The notes beneath the pieces were generated by a model. The model searched no databases. It had not been told where the DNA came from and saw nothing but the letters and a program-made list of their open reading frames with translations. A stretch of DNA of 64,000 bases from Bacteroidota bacterium (GTDB lineage Bacteria > Bacteroidota > Bacteroidia > Flavobacteriales > BACL11): the NCBI GenBank assembly GCA_036141595.1, contig JAYZXD010000021.1:7969-71968 (forward strand). The letters are read 5' to 3'. Below are positions 48,401 to 57,271 of this stretch, piece by piece. The position numbers were made by a program, and so were the translations under genes. The stretch's first letter is position 1. Each line of letters begins with the position of its first letter.

Positions 48401-48843
48401 GCTTCATTATTTATGTTTATAAAGTAACTAACTTCGTCAGCATACAAATGAATAACATTTTCAAATAAATTTGTGTTAGAATTAAATTTCCAGGTATTTG
48501 AGGCCATTCCATAAAATAAAATATAATCATCAATATCAAATATGGTGTTATTGTTTAGATCAATTATTTCAATATTATTTTCATTTAAATCATTATATCT
48601 AAAGTCCGAATTGAGATTGGGAAGCATTCCACCTCCATGTCCATATAACTTAATTGAATTTATATTTAAACTGGACATATTAATTCCAAGTTCTGACAAA
48701 AAGGAATAATCGATTTTGTAAATTCCATTTTCATTAGTTGTTATTTCATACCAATCACCACTAGAAAGAAGAGAGGAATTTTGGCTTCTAACACAGAGTG
48801 AAAAAATTAAGAAAAATATTGATAAATAAAATCGAATCTTCAT
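45472..48843 (-). CDS. porU: T9SS C-terminal signal peptidase/sortase PorU (gingipain-like C25 fold)
   Basis: ~1120 aa. Signal peptide MKIRFYLSIFFLIFSLCVRSQ. His/Cys dyad context VNYTGHGGPLGW and LPLFMTATCKFSYFD. C-terminal NYPNPFS... domain. Adjacent to porV. The ORF track's TTG at 48879 is judged an artefact. Confidence 0.85.
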   Translation of the reverse strand: MKIRFYLSIFFLIFSLCVRSQNSSLLSSGDWYEITTNENGIYKIDYSFLSELGINMSSLNINSIKLYGHGGGMLPNLNSDFRYNDLNENNIEIIDLNNNTIFDIDDYILFYGMASNTWKFNSNTNLFENVIHLYADEVSYFININNEANPKTVPLASEVFNANIDIRSYNFYINHEDEKVNLINSGSKWFGEVFSSNTTKNFNFNIPDVIQTNPINVKLAVVSRSFQPSNFLLSINNLLVNNVSMPIVSTQYAREYAKEISSTIQIYTNSSNLDLDLQYLSSDNGAQAWLDYIEINAQRKLKANASQFNFRNTITVGQGIGAFKIENGAGMEVWNITNPTQAKKLVTQVDDDTLIFIDSLNTLQEYIAFDKSFYLTPAFKDIIVNQNIRSLSSDIEFIIVSHPKFLESAQRLADFHHDKDNMFSVVVTPKQIYNEFSSGMQDVTAIRDFVKKQYDKEDSKLKYLLLFGDGSFDPKDRILNNTNYIPTYQSLNSTDPTKSYVTDDYFALLDDNEGLFLNDLVDIGVGRFPVSTKQEANILVDKVKQYYDVNSFGSWRNDVVFIADDGDANDGNTHMWQADSLANYVADNHREVNIQKIYLDNYLQESTPGGPRSEQAQNAINSKIDKGVLLVNYTGHGGPLGWTQERILEIDQIQGWSNSNKLPLFMTATCKFSYFDNPEEQSAGEQVLLNPTGGAIALLSTTRLVYSAPNYNLNTKFIKTVFDKNNDLVSLRLGDIFKETKRLSGTSMNNRNFTLLGNPALRLSYPRFDVITTKLNDTLKALSQVTIEGQIQSDGVLMPDFNGIIYPTVFDKEIIKTTLGQESSSPMPYRDQNNIIYKGAASVIDGEFSFSFIVPKDIDYNYGDGKISYYAFNENGQNPLDANGVENNFIIGGMANNINYDYDGPEISLYMNDTLFVDGGITNSNPKLFVRIFDFSGINTVGNGIGHDITAILDDETSNPYILNDFYQTNKDDYQNGYIVFPFYNLESGDHRIKVKVWDVFNNSTEAEITFTVVSDDNLVVTDFINYPNPFSFSTEFYFQHNQSDRELDYILNIYSITGVLIKSIDLSSFINEGYRVGPIIWDGTNNFGSRVNAGIYIANLTISEENKTKFINKSTRVILLPH

Positions 48844-48848
48844 AATCG

Positions 48849-48856
48849 CAAATTTA
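48849..48856 (-). promoter_or_regulatory. Candidate -7 box for porU (leaderless geometry)
   Basis: Minus strand reads TAaaTTTG. The G lies 5 nt upstream of the ATG at 48843 (TAAATTTGCGATTATG). Confidence 0.4.
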
Positions 48857-48937
48857 AATAACGTTTTAATAACGAACAAAAAATTAAACTAGTATATAAT
48901 TTCTTTTTACTAAAAAGAAGATTTTAAATAATTTATG

Positions 48938-48945
48938 TATTTTTG
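48938..48945 (+). promoter_or_regulatory. Candidate -7 promoter box for the PorP/SprF-family gene and gldJ
   Basis: TAttTTTG, 29 nt upstream of the ATG at 48975. It overlaps the GTG used by the ORF track. Confidence 0.45.
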
Positions 48946-48974
48946 TGAAACTCTTGATAAAAGAAAAATATTGT

Positions 48975-49973
48975 ATGTACAGGTATATTTCAAAAGCTCT
49001 TACTTATTTTCTGGCAGTGTTATGCTTTTCTCTGGTTTTAAATACTAAAAAAGCACATGCACAGGATCCTGCTTATAGTCAGTTTTATGCAAATCCATTA
49101 TATTTAAATCCTGCCTTCGCTGGAGCTAATGATTGTCCAAGAGTAAATCTTAACTATCGGGACCAGTGGCCAGGTATTGGAAGAACATATGTTACAACTT
49201 CCGCATCTTGGGATCAAAATATTAATGCAATTGGAGGAGGATTAGGTGTTTTAGTCATGCATGATCGCGCAGGAGCTGGAGCACTAAATACCTCTCAATT
49301 CTCTCTTTTATACTCATACAATCTTCAAGTAAATTATGAATGGGCAGTTAAAGCTGGATTTGAGGCATCATTTAGACAAATAAATGTTGATTGGACTAAA
49401 CTTACATTTGGTGATCAAATTGATCCACAGTATGGTTTTATATATCCAACTAGTGAAGATATCGCCAACTATACTCAATCTGTAAATTATCCAGATTTTT
49501 CAGCTGGTTTAATCGGGTACTCAAAAAACTTATATTTTGGATTTGCTGCTCACCACTTGACTCAGCCAAACCAAGGTTTTATTAGTGAAAGTCAATTACC
49601 GACTAAGCTAACTGTTCATGCAGGAGGAAATTTTCCAGTAAATAAATACAGAAGAGACGTAACCACAATATCACCAAATTTTTTGTACCAAAAACAACAA
49701 GATTTTCAACAGTTTAATTACGGAATATACGTTAACAGAGGTCCAGTTGTTGGAGGTCTTTGGGCAAGAAATAGTTTGAAAAATTTTGATTCTTTTATAC
49801 TTATGGTAGGGCTCATACAAGATGCATTTAAATTCGGTTATAGTTATGACATAACTGCTAGTAATTTAAAAAACAGTAACACATTAGGAGCTCACGAATT
49901 AACGTTTACTTTGTTTTTGCCATGTAAAACAAGAACAAAATCATTTAGCACAATAAGTTGTCCTCAATTCTAG
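48975..49973 (+). CDS. PorP/SprF-family T9SS outer-membrane protein
   Basis: Signal peptide, then family hallmark AQDPAYSQFYANPLYLNPAFAG. C-terminal ...SCPQF. Confidence 0.85.
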   Translation: MYRYISKALTYFLAVLCFSLVLNTKKAHAQDPAYSQFYANPLYLNPAFAGANDCPRVNLNYRDQWPGIGRTYVTTSASWDQNINAIGGGLGVLVMHDRAGAGALNTSQFSLLYSYNLQVNYEWAVKAGFEASFRQINVDWTKLTFGDQIDPQYGFIYPTSEDIANYTQSVNYPDFSAGLIGYSKNLYFGFAAHHLTQPNQGFISESQLPTKLTVHAGGNFPVNKYRRDVTTISPNFLYQKQQDFQQFNYGIYVNRGPVVGGLWARNSLKNFDSFILMVGLIQDAFKFGYSYDITASNLKNSNTLGAHELTFTLFLPCKTRTKSFSTISCPQF

Positions 49974-50008
49974 TTAATTATAATGAATAACATTTTAAAC
50001 TACGTAAA

Positions 50009-51631
50009 ATGAAAACAAATCAATTAATATTAATAATAACATCGCTTATCTTTATAACATCGTGTTCTAACAAATCATTTGATAAATCTTCTTCAACAGG
50101 CTGGGAATACAATAACTCCTATAATGGAGGGTTTGAAACAAATCAAAGTTTTGTGGAACAAAAAACTGGTCCTGGTTTAGTATTCATTGAAGGGGGATCA
50201 TTCGTAATGGGACGAGTTGAACAAGATGTAATGCATGAGTGGGATAATATTCCTAGAAAACAAAGTGTAGCTTCTTTTTATATGGACGAAACGGAAGTCA
50301 CAAATCTTGACTACTTAGAATATTTATTTTGGCTTAAAAGAGTTTATGGAGAATCATATCCTGAAGTTTACAAAAATGCTCTTCCAGACACTCTCGTGTG
50401 GAGAGATAAACTTGGATACAATGAGCCGTATGTAAAAAACTATTTAAGACATCCTGCATACAAAAACTATCCAGTTGTTGGAGTAAGCTGGCAGCAAGCC
50501 ACTGATTATTGTGCTTGGAGAACCGATAGAGTAAATGAGCGAATTTTAATAGAAGCATGCATTATCAAAGAAGATATGGATCAATTCGATGATGGTGTGT
50601 TTACAACTGAAGCATACCTTAGAGGTTATTACGAGGGTACAGTAATCAAAGGAAAGAAAAATTTGACAAACAAAAACTATGGCAGCGGTGAAGACACCAG
50701 AATTGTAAAATTAGAAGACGGATTACTTTTACCAAGCTACAGATTGCCAACAGAAGCAGAATGGGAATATGCTGCTCTTGGTTATGTTGGTAATACAACT
50801 GATGAAAATCTAAGTGACAGAAAAATTTACCCATGGAGTGGCTCATCATTACGTAACAGTAGTAAAAATAATCAGGGTAAAATTATGGCTAACTTCAAAA
50901 GAGGAAGAGGAGACAATATGGGTATTGCAGGAAATCTTAACGATCAAGCAGACATAACTGCGGCAGTTAGATCTTATTTACCAAATGATTACGGAATATA
51001 TGATATGGCTGGCAATGTTTCGGAATGGGTAATGGATGTATATAGACCAGTAATTGAACAAACAGCAACAGCAGATCATAGAAGCTTCAGAGGTAATGTA
51101 TACAAAACATACCAAAATTCTGAAAGTGACGGCTTGACATATATGGACGGAATAGTTGATTTTGATGAATTTGGAAACCCTATTATGGTTGATGTTGATG
51201 AAAAACAAAATACATATAGAAGAAATTACAAAAAAGCTGATAATATTAATTACTTAGATGGTGATATTGAATCTCAAATAGATATTAATTGGAATACCGA
51301 ACTAGATGAAGTATCTGAAAAAGACAAAGATAACATCAGTATTGATAAATGGAATCAAGATGCTTCTAAGTATGCAAATGAAGTTAATGGAAATAGTAAT
51401 GAAATGTATGCTTATGGTGAATCTTCTCTTATAACTGATAGAACAAGAGTATACAAAGGAGGCTCATGGAAAGATCGTGCATATTGGCTAAGTCCTGGAA
51501 CAAGAAGATTTCTTGATCAAGATCAATCAACTGATGCTATTGGATTTAGATGCGCAATGGACAGAATAGGAAGCCCTGTAAGTAACTTAAAAGAAAATCA
51601 AAGAAAAGAAGTGGACTATAATAAAAAATAA
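50009..51631 (+). CDS. gldJ: Gliding-motility/T9SS lipoprotein GldJ (FGE-sulfatase/SUMF1-like fold)
   Basis: Lipobox ITSCS. GPGLVFIEGGSFVMG, YRLPTEAEWEYAA, VYKGGSWKDRAYW, GFRCAM. Followed by murF, which to my recollection is also the arrangement in Flavobacterium johnsoniae. Confidence 0.88.
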   Translation: MKTNQLILIITSLIFITSCSNKSFDKSSSTGWEYNNSYNGGFETNQSFVEQKTGPGLVFIEGGSFVMGRVEQDVMHEWDNIPRKQSVASFYMDETEVTNLDYLEYLFWLKRVYGESYPEVYKNALPDTLVWRDKLGYNEPYVKNYLRHPAYKNYPVVGVSWQQATDYCAWRTDRVNERILIEACIIKEDMDQFDDGVFTTEAYLRGYYEGTVIKGKKNLTNKNYGSGEDTRIVKLEDGLLLPSYRLPTEAEWEYAALGYVGNTTDENLSDRKIYPWSGSSLRNSSKNNQGKIMANFKRGRGDNMGIAGNLNDQADITAAVRSYLPNDYGIYDMAGNVSEWVMDVYRPVIEQTATADHRSFRGNVYKTYQNSESDGLTYMDGIVDFDEFGNPIMVDVDEKQNTYRRNYKKADNINYLDGDIESQIDINWNTELDEVSEKDKDNISIDKWNQDASKYANEVNGNSNEMYAYGESSLITDRTRVYKGGSWKDRAYWLSPGTRRFLDQDQSTDAIGFRCAMDRIGSPVSNLKENQRKEVDYNKK

Positions 51632-51652
51632 ACATCAAAAAATATTTATATC

Positions 51653-51678
51653 AAAACCCCAAAATTTGGGGTTTTTTT
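51653..51678 (+). terminator. Rho-independent terminator after gldJ
   Basis: AAAACCCCAA-aat-TTGGGGTTTT hairpin with a T7 run (51672-51678). Confidence 0.7.
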
Positions 51679-51686
51679 ATTAAGTC

Positions 51687-52943
51687 ATGGATATAATTAA
51701 AATTTATAAATTATTTTTAGAAAATCACACAGTATTTACTGATTCAAGAAAAATTAAAGGAAAAGGGATTTTTTTTGCACTTAAAGGTGAAAACTTTAAC
51801 GGAAATAAATTTGTAGATAATGCCTTAAAAGCTGGAGCCACATATTGCATAGTTGACGAAAAAAAAATAGCAAATAAAAAAAATATTATATATGTTAATG
51901 ATTCTCTTAAAACACTTCAAGATCTAGCGATTTACCATAGGAATCAACTATCTATACCTATAATTGGAATAACAGGATCAAATGGAAAAACCACTTCTAA
52001 AGAACTAATATCTCAAGTTTTAAAATCTGAAATTAATTGTTATTCGACAAAAGGTAATCTTAATAATCATATCGGAGTACCTTTGAGTATTCTTGAGATT
52101 AATTCTAAGCATAAAGTTGCAGTTATTGAAATGGGTGCAAACCACTTAAATGAAATAAATTTTTTATGTAATATATCAAAACCAACGCATGGTATTATTA
52201 CAAACATTGGATCAGCACATTTACAAGGCTTCAAAAACATAGATGGTGTTATAAAAACAAAAAATGAATTATATGAATACATCAAGAGATCTGAAGGGTT
52301 ATTATTTGTAAATAATGAAGATAAACTATTAAAAAAACTAAGTAATAATATTGAAAGAATAACTTATGGTTTAAATGGAATATATAAAGGAAAACCACTA
52401 GTAAATGATGATTACATAGAGATTAAATATAAAAACCAAAATATTTTTAGTCGACTTATTGGAGATTTTCAATTTTACAATATCATGCTAGCAATATGTG
52501 TCGGTGAACACTTTATGATTAACTTAAACAATATCAAAAAAGCGATTAAAAATTATCTTCCGAAAAATAATCGATCTGAAATTATCAAAACAAAAAAAAA
52601 TACAATAATTCTAGATGCATATAATGCTAATCCTTCTAGCATGAAAGCGATGATTATCTCATTCAGCAATAAAAAATACGAGAATAAGTTATGTATATTA
52701 GGTGACATGTTGGAATTAGGAAATTATTCACATGAAGAACATCTAAATATCATAAAGATTGTAAATAATCTTAATTTAAAAGTTATTTTTATAGGTAAAG
52801 AATTTTCAAGTGTAAATAGTGATGCTTTTGAAAATAGAGTGTTTTTTGAGGACTATCTAAAAAATAATCCAATAAAAAATCATACAATTCTGCTAAAAGG
52901 ATCAAGAAGCATGAGTTTAGAAAAACTAACCAAATATCTATAA
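51687..52943 (+). CDS. murF: UDP-N-acetylmuramoyl-tripeptide--D-alanyl-D-alanine ligase
   Basis: TDSRKI...FFALKGENFNGNKF, P-loop GITGSNGKTT, DAYNANPSSM. Confidence 0.9.
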   Translation: MDIIKIYKLFLENHTVFTDSRKIKGKGIFFALKGENFNGNKFVDNALKAGATYCIVDEKKIANKKNIIYVNDSLKTLQDLAIYHRNQLSIPIIGITGSNGKTTSKELISQVLKSEINCYSTKGNLNNHIGVPLSILEINSKHKVAVIEMGANHLNEINFLCNISKPTHGIITNIGSAHLQGFKNIDGVIKTKNELYEYIKRSEGLLFVNNEDKLLKKLSNNIERITYGLNGIYKGKPLVNDDYIEIKYKNQNIFSRLIGDFQFYNIMLAICVGEHFMINLNNIKKAIKNYLPKNNRSEIIKTKKNTIILDAYNANPSSMKAMIISFSNKKYENKLCILGDMLELGNYSHEEHLNIIKIVNNLNLKVIFIGKEFSSVNSDAFENRVFFEDYLKNNPIKNHTILLKGSRSMSLEKLTKYL

Positions 52944-52958
52944 GGATTTGATTTTTTA

Positions 52959-52966
52959 TATATTTG
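52959..52966 (+). promoter_or_regulatory. Candidate -7 promoter box for the small OMP gene
   Basis: TAtaTTTG, 21 nt upstream of the ATG at 52988. Confidence 0.45.
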
Positions 52967-52987
52967 TGCTTAATTAATAAACAAATT

Positions 52988-53716
52988 ATGAAAAAACTAT
53001 CAATAACTTTATTTTCGATATTATTTACTGTCAATACCTTTGCTCAAAAAAATGAACATAGTGAAAGAAAAAATTCTATAACTATCGGCTCTGGGTTACC
53101 TATTGTTCAAAAAACGATGTTACAATTTGAGCATGAACTATCAACAAATTGGTCAATTGGAGAAAATATTTCATATCATTATGGTCTACTTGGGTCTACT
53201 CAAGTTTGGAGTGGACCAAAATTAGAGTTATTGGGAAGATACTACTTTGATGATCAATCTATTAAATACGGTAAAAATTGGTTTGCACAAGTAAAAGCCG
53301 GTGCTGCATTATTTACTAATCCACTAGCTAGTGATGATAATTTTGATGCTAATGCATTTCTTCAGGAAGAAGTTTCAGGTGTTACACAGGCTGTACTGGT
53401 AAATGGACAAAGAGTACCCATTTTTGCAAATGGAAATGACTGGATGACAATAGGAGGGGGTATTGCATTTGGCTATAAAAATATTACTTGTAACGGATGG
53501 ATTTTTGAGGCATTTGTAGGATATCACTATTGGTCCAGTCCAAATTATTTCACTGAAGAATTTAAAAACTGGGTAGAAGATCCTCAAAATATTTATGATG
53601 ATAATGTAAACATTACAATTGACAATATTGAAGATGGTACAGATGCTTTATGGAAATTAACATATGGGTTCCCGGTTGACTTACAAATTAAAGTTGGAAA
53701 AATATTAAACTGGTAA
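52988..53716 (+). CDS. Putative small outer-membrane beta-barrel protein (unknown family)
   Basis: Signal peptide MKKLSITLFSILFTVNTFAQ. Alternating-strand segments. C-terminal aromatic residue (...KVGKILNW). No motif I can assign. Confidence 0.5.
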   Translation: MKKLSITLFSILFTVNTFAQKNEHSERKNSITIGSGLPIVQKTMLQFEHELSTNWSIGENISYHYGLLGSTQVWSGPKLELLGRYYFDDQSIKYGKNWFAQVKAGAALFTNPLASDDNFDANAFLQEEVSGVTQAVLVNGQRVPIFANGNDWMTIGGGIAFGYKNITCNGWIFEAFVGYHYWSSPNYFTEEFKNWVEDPQNIYDDNVNITIDNIEDGTDALWKLTYGFPVDLQIKVGKILNW

Positions 53717-53725
53717 AAAGTTTAT

Positions 53726-54775
53726 TTACCTTAAAACATCTTTTAAAAACTTACGAAATATAAAGTAAATAATTGAAAGAAAAAATCCCAAAAAAAAGAA
53801 TAATACAGCAGTTATCTTTTTTGATTTTTGGGTTTCTAAAATTGGTGCTTTTGGAGTATCAATAATATTAATAATTGGAATCTGATTTAACAGAGTCACT
53901 TTAGATACTTCCAAATTCTTAATAATTTCAGTATACATCGCTTGTAATACTTCAACATTTCTTAACAATTGTATTTCTTTTAATCTTCCAGATGCTTTAA
54001 TAATTCTGCTATTTACATCTTTTACTAACGCATAATTTTGTTCTGCAATAGCTAACTCTCTTTCAACAGAATCCGCTCTATTTTGCAAAAAACTTAAAGT
54101 GTTATTTGCTCTTGCTGTTCTATTTTGCACATACATCTTACTCATTTCATTAATTAATGCATTAACAAATTTTATTGCAAAATCTTCATCTACACAATTG
54201 TATGATAATTTTATTATTGTTGCATCATCATCTAATAGGTCAATTACTAGATCTTCTTCTATAATTTGAGACCATACAACATTAGAAATACTATCATGTA
54301 TCCTTGATTTATTATTTTTAGCAAATGAGAAACCATCTAATACTTTCTTATCACTCCATTCATCTTTTAAATCATTTATATTTATGTAATGTTCAATAAG
54401 TAGGTCATCTTTTCCATTAACTTTTGCAGATTGAAATAATGCATTCTCAACAACTACTCTAGATTTTAATAATTGTAAAATATTATTATTACTGAATGTT
54501 GAACCCTCAATATTGCCAAAATCAATACCAAATTGATTAGCAAAACCAGATAACGCTGAGGAGGATGGAATACCGTTATCAGCTTCAACAACAAAAGTTA
54601 ACTCTGCATTATATGAGTCATCTGAAAAAAACACATAAAATAATCCTGTTAATGAAAAAATAGATGAAACCAAAAAAATTACATATTTTTTTTTGTAGAT
54701 ATAAGATTTATATTCTACAAATTTTAGTAAGAGATCTTTAAATTTTATTTCATTATCCATTTTAGAAACTTCCAT
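53726..54775 (-). CDS. Wzz-like polysaccharide chain-length determinant protein (no tyrosine-kinase domain)
   Basis: N-terminal TM (VIFLVSSIFSLTGLFYVFF), ~270-aa periplasmic region with coiled-coil character, C-terminal TM (ITAVLFFFLGFFLSIIYFIF). An alternative start at 54760 lies 1 nt after the upstream stop. Confidence 0.7.
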   Translation of the reverse strand: MEVSKMDNEIKFKDLLLKFVEYKSYIYKKKYVIFLVSSIFSLTGLFYVFFSDDSYNAELTFVVEADNGIPSSSALSGFANQFGIDFGNIEGSTFSNNNILQLLKSRVVVENALFQSAKVNGKDDLLIEHYININDLKDEWSDKKVLDGFSFAKNNKSRIHDSISNVVWSQIIEEDLVIDLLDDDATIIKLSYNCVDEDFAIKFVNALINEMSKMYVQNRTARANNTLSFLQNRADSVERELAIAEQNYALVKDVNSRIIKASGRLKEIQLLRNVEVLQAMYTEIIKNLEVSKVTLLNQIPIINIIDTPKAPILETQKSKKITAVLFFFLGFFLSIIYFIFRKFLKDVLR

Positions 54776-57263
54776 TTAATCTTTCTATCAATAAAGCTAA
54801 TGAAATTACAGCTGTAATTTTTGTTATTACACTTTCAATATGTTTATTGTAGTCTATATCTTCCTTCTTTGTTCTTTTTATAGTTTTTTCATTAATAACA
54901 TGAATTGTTGAACCTGGCTTTACTTTAGGAGAAATAGAAAATAATCCAAAATTCATACTTTTTTTAGTAACACCATTTGCATGAACAACAACTGTTCTTG
55001 ATTTCTTATTGTTGCCAGAGTATCCTCCAGCAAAATTATTTACATAATAATGGGCACGTAATCCTAAAAAAGGAACACTGATCGAATTTCCATCAATATT
55101 ATTAAGATCTCCAGTAATTTGTACAAGGTCAAGTTTTTTAGGAACTATAATGCTATCACCCTCTAATAAAGATATATTATGCTTTGAATTAGTATTTGAT
55201 ATAGCCTTATTCATATCAAAATATACTACATCATAATGAACACTATCATAATTTAATAAATTATTTTTTTCTCGTTCTATTTGAAGCAATTCTTTTGTAT
55301 AGGTATAAGATAATTCTGTGTCCAGTAAAATAGAATCTAATAGTGCCTCAGGAATATTTAAATTATTATTTGTATCAAAGGCTTTAACAACAAACTTTCT
55401 GTACATTTTAACTCCATCTACATATGCAGAATTCTTAAAACCACCAGCTCTCTCTATTACTGATGATATTTTTTCATCTCTAGAAAGCAAAGAATATTTA
55501 CCAGGATATTTAACCTCGCCACTTAAAGTAATATTCATAGGTGGCATATAGTTTGGATTTTCTCTAACAAAAACTTGATCCTGTGGTCTTAAAATAAAAT
55601 TTTGTGCATTAAAATCAATCATCAAATCACTTCCAATTTTAATTTTTTCAATAACAGCTCTTTTGTGTTCAATCTTGTTTGATGTATTATAATCCATAAT
55701 CCTACTTACCTCTACTCTACTTCCTTCTGCTATTTGGGTAAATCCACCTGCTTGAACAAGAAGGTCTTGTAATGTCATTCCAGTACCATAATCATACTGT
55801 CCTGGTTTTTTAACCGCTCCTAAAACTGAAACAAAATAATTTTCATCAAAATCTTCTATGGACAATACTCTAACTATATCGTATTCCTTTATTAACACAT
55901 TATCCTTGTGGTTTCTATCTTGTAATACTTCTTCCAAATTTATGCTAATATGTGTTTTTGATCTATCCTCATTTGTTCTGATAATGTAAACTTTTTCTAA
56001 AAATGTTTTTTCATCAATACATTTTGCTCTATTTAATAAATCTAAAAGCCGTTCTCCTTTAATGTATTCATAATCTCCAGCAACACCAATACTTCCCTTT
56101 ACAGAAACAAGATTTGATAATTTGTTTGTTATAGTATTAACTATAATCTCATCTCCATTTTGCAGCTTACTATCATTTATATGATCCTTGTATATATCAT
56201 AAATTTTTGAAGAATTATATTCTATTCTTTTTAAAGTAATAACATCAATAAAAGCATTTGTTGTATATCCGCCAGAATACTTAATAATATCAGCAACTGT
56301 TTCTCCTTCTTTTGCTTCATATGTGTAGGGCCTATTTACCCCTCCTCTAACCTCAACAATATTTTTCGCTGGAGGAACAATTAAATAATCACCATCTTCC
56401 ATATATATATCAGTAGTTCTTGTAGGGTTAAATAAAAATTGATAAACGTCCAAAGAATCAACAATTTTACCATCTCTTTTTAAATAAATATTTCTTACTG
56501 AACCTAATTGATTTGGGCCATGAGATGCTATAAGCGCGTTAAATGCAGTGTTAATAGCAGGTATTGTGTATGATCCTGGCTTATATACTTCACCTACTAT
56601 ATTAACTGTTATAACTCGTGAGTAAGCTAATGTAACATCTATTTCAGAATTTCGCATGTCAAGAAACTTAGAAAATTTATTTTTAAGCAAGGAACGCATT
56701 TTTTTAAACGTCAAACCTTTAACATATATTCTTCCATATGAGTCAGGGTTTATATATCCTTTTTCATCAACTAAAAGTGTCTGATTATACTCTGAGTAAC
56801 CCCAAATAGAAATTGAAATTTCATCTCCACTACTAACTTTATAATTTTCTGGTGCTTTCGCATCTAATGCTTTTTGAAAAAATGATAAATTATTATTTCT
56901 AAATATATCTTGACCATAGATCTTAGCAAGAGGGAAATCAACTGTATCTGTGATCAAAGTATCTCCAAAACTTTGAATAAATTTTGAAACTGCGCTATTT
57001 TTAACAGTATCACTTAAATTCACTGAATATTTGCCACGACTAAACTTAAAATCTAATGCCTCTTGAATTTCTTTATCAGAAAAACCCATATTTTCAAGCA
57101 CTTGTTCAGACGGAATATCCGAGGGTTTAAGTTCATTTAAATTTTTATCTGAAGGTAATAACTTTAGATATGCTGGATTAATATCATTAATTTTATTATT
57201 TAGTTGAGGGTATAGAAAACCTGGTAATAAAACTAATATTTGAAGTAATAAAAATTTTTTCAT
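54762..57263 (-). CDS. Wza-family polysaccharide export protein with multiple SLBB-like repeats
   Basis: Signal peptide. Poly_export-like YKVSSGDEISISIWGY...VDEKGYINPDSYGRIYVKGLTF. Several later repeats of the (G)D.I.V / V.V.G.V..PG.Y pattern. Confidence 0.8.
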   Translation of the reverse strand: MKKFLLLQILVLLPGFLYPQLNNKINDINPAYLKLLPSDKNLNELKPSDIPSEQVLENMGFSDKEIQEALDFKFSRGKYSVNLSDTVKNSAVSKFIQSFGDTLITDTVDFPLAKIYGQDIFRNNNLSFFQKALDAKAPENYKVSSGDEISISIWGYSEYNQTLLVDEKGYINPDSYGRIYVKGLTFKKMRSLLKNKFSKFLDMRNSEIDVTLAYSRVITVNIVGEVYKPGSYTIPAINTAFNALIASHGPNQLGSVRNIYLKRDGKIVDSLDVYQFLFNPTRTTDIYMEDGDYLIVPPAKNIVEVRGGVNRPYTYEAKEGETVADIIKYSGGYTTNAFIDVITLKRIEYNSSKIYDIYKDHINDSKLQNGDEIIVNTITNKLSNLVSVKGSIGVAGDYEYIKGERLLDLLNRAKCIDEKTFLEKVYIIRTNEDRSKTHISINLEEVLQDRNHKDNVLIKEYDIVRVLSIEDFDENYFVSVLGAVKKPGQYDYGTGMTLQDLLVQAGGFTQIAEGSRVEVSRIMDYNTSNKIEHKRAVIEKIKIGSDLMIDFNAQNFILRPQDQVFVRENPNYMPPMNITLSGEVKYPGKYSLLSRDEKISSVIERAGGFKNSAYVDGVKMYRKFVVKAFDTNNNLNIPEALLDSILLDTELSYTYTKELLQIEREKNNLLNYDSVHYDVVYFDMNKAISNTNSKHNISLLEGDSIIVPKKLDLVQITGDLNNIDGNSISVPFLGLRAHYYVNNFAGGYSGNNKKSRTVVVHANGVTKKSMNFGLFSISPKVKPGSTIHVINEKTIKRTKKEDIDYNKHIESVITKITAVISLALLIERLNGSF

Positions 57264-57271
57264 AATATTAA

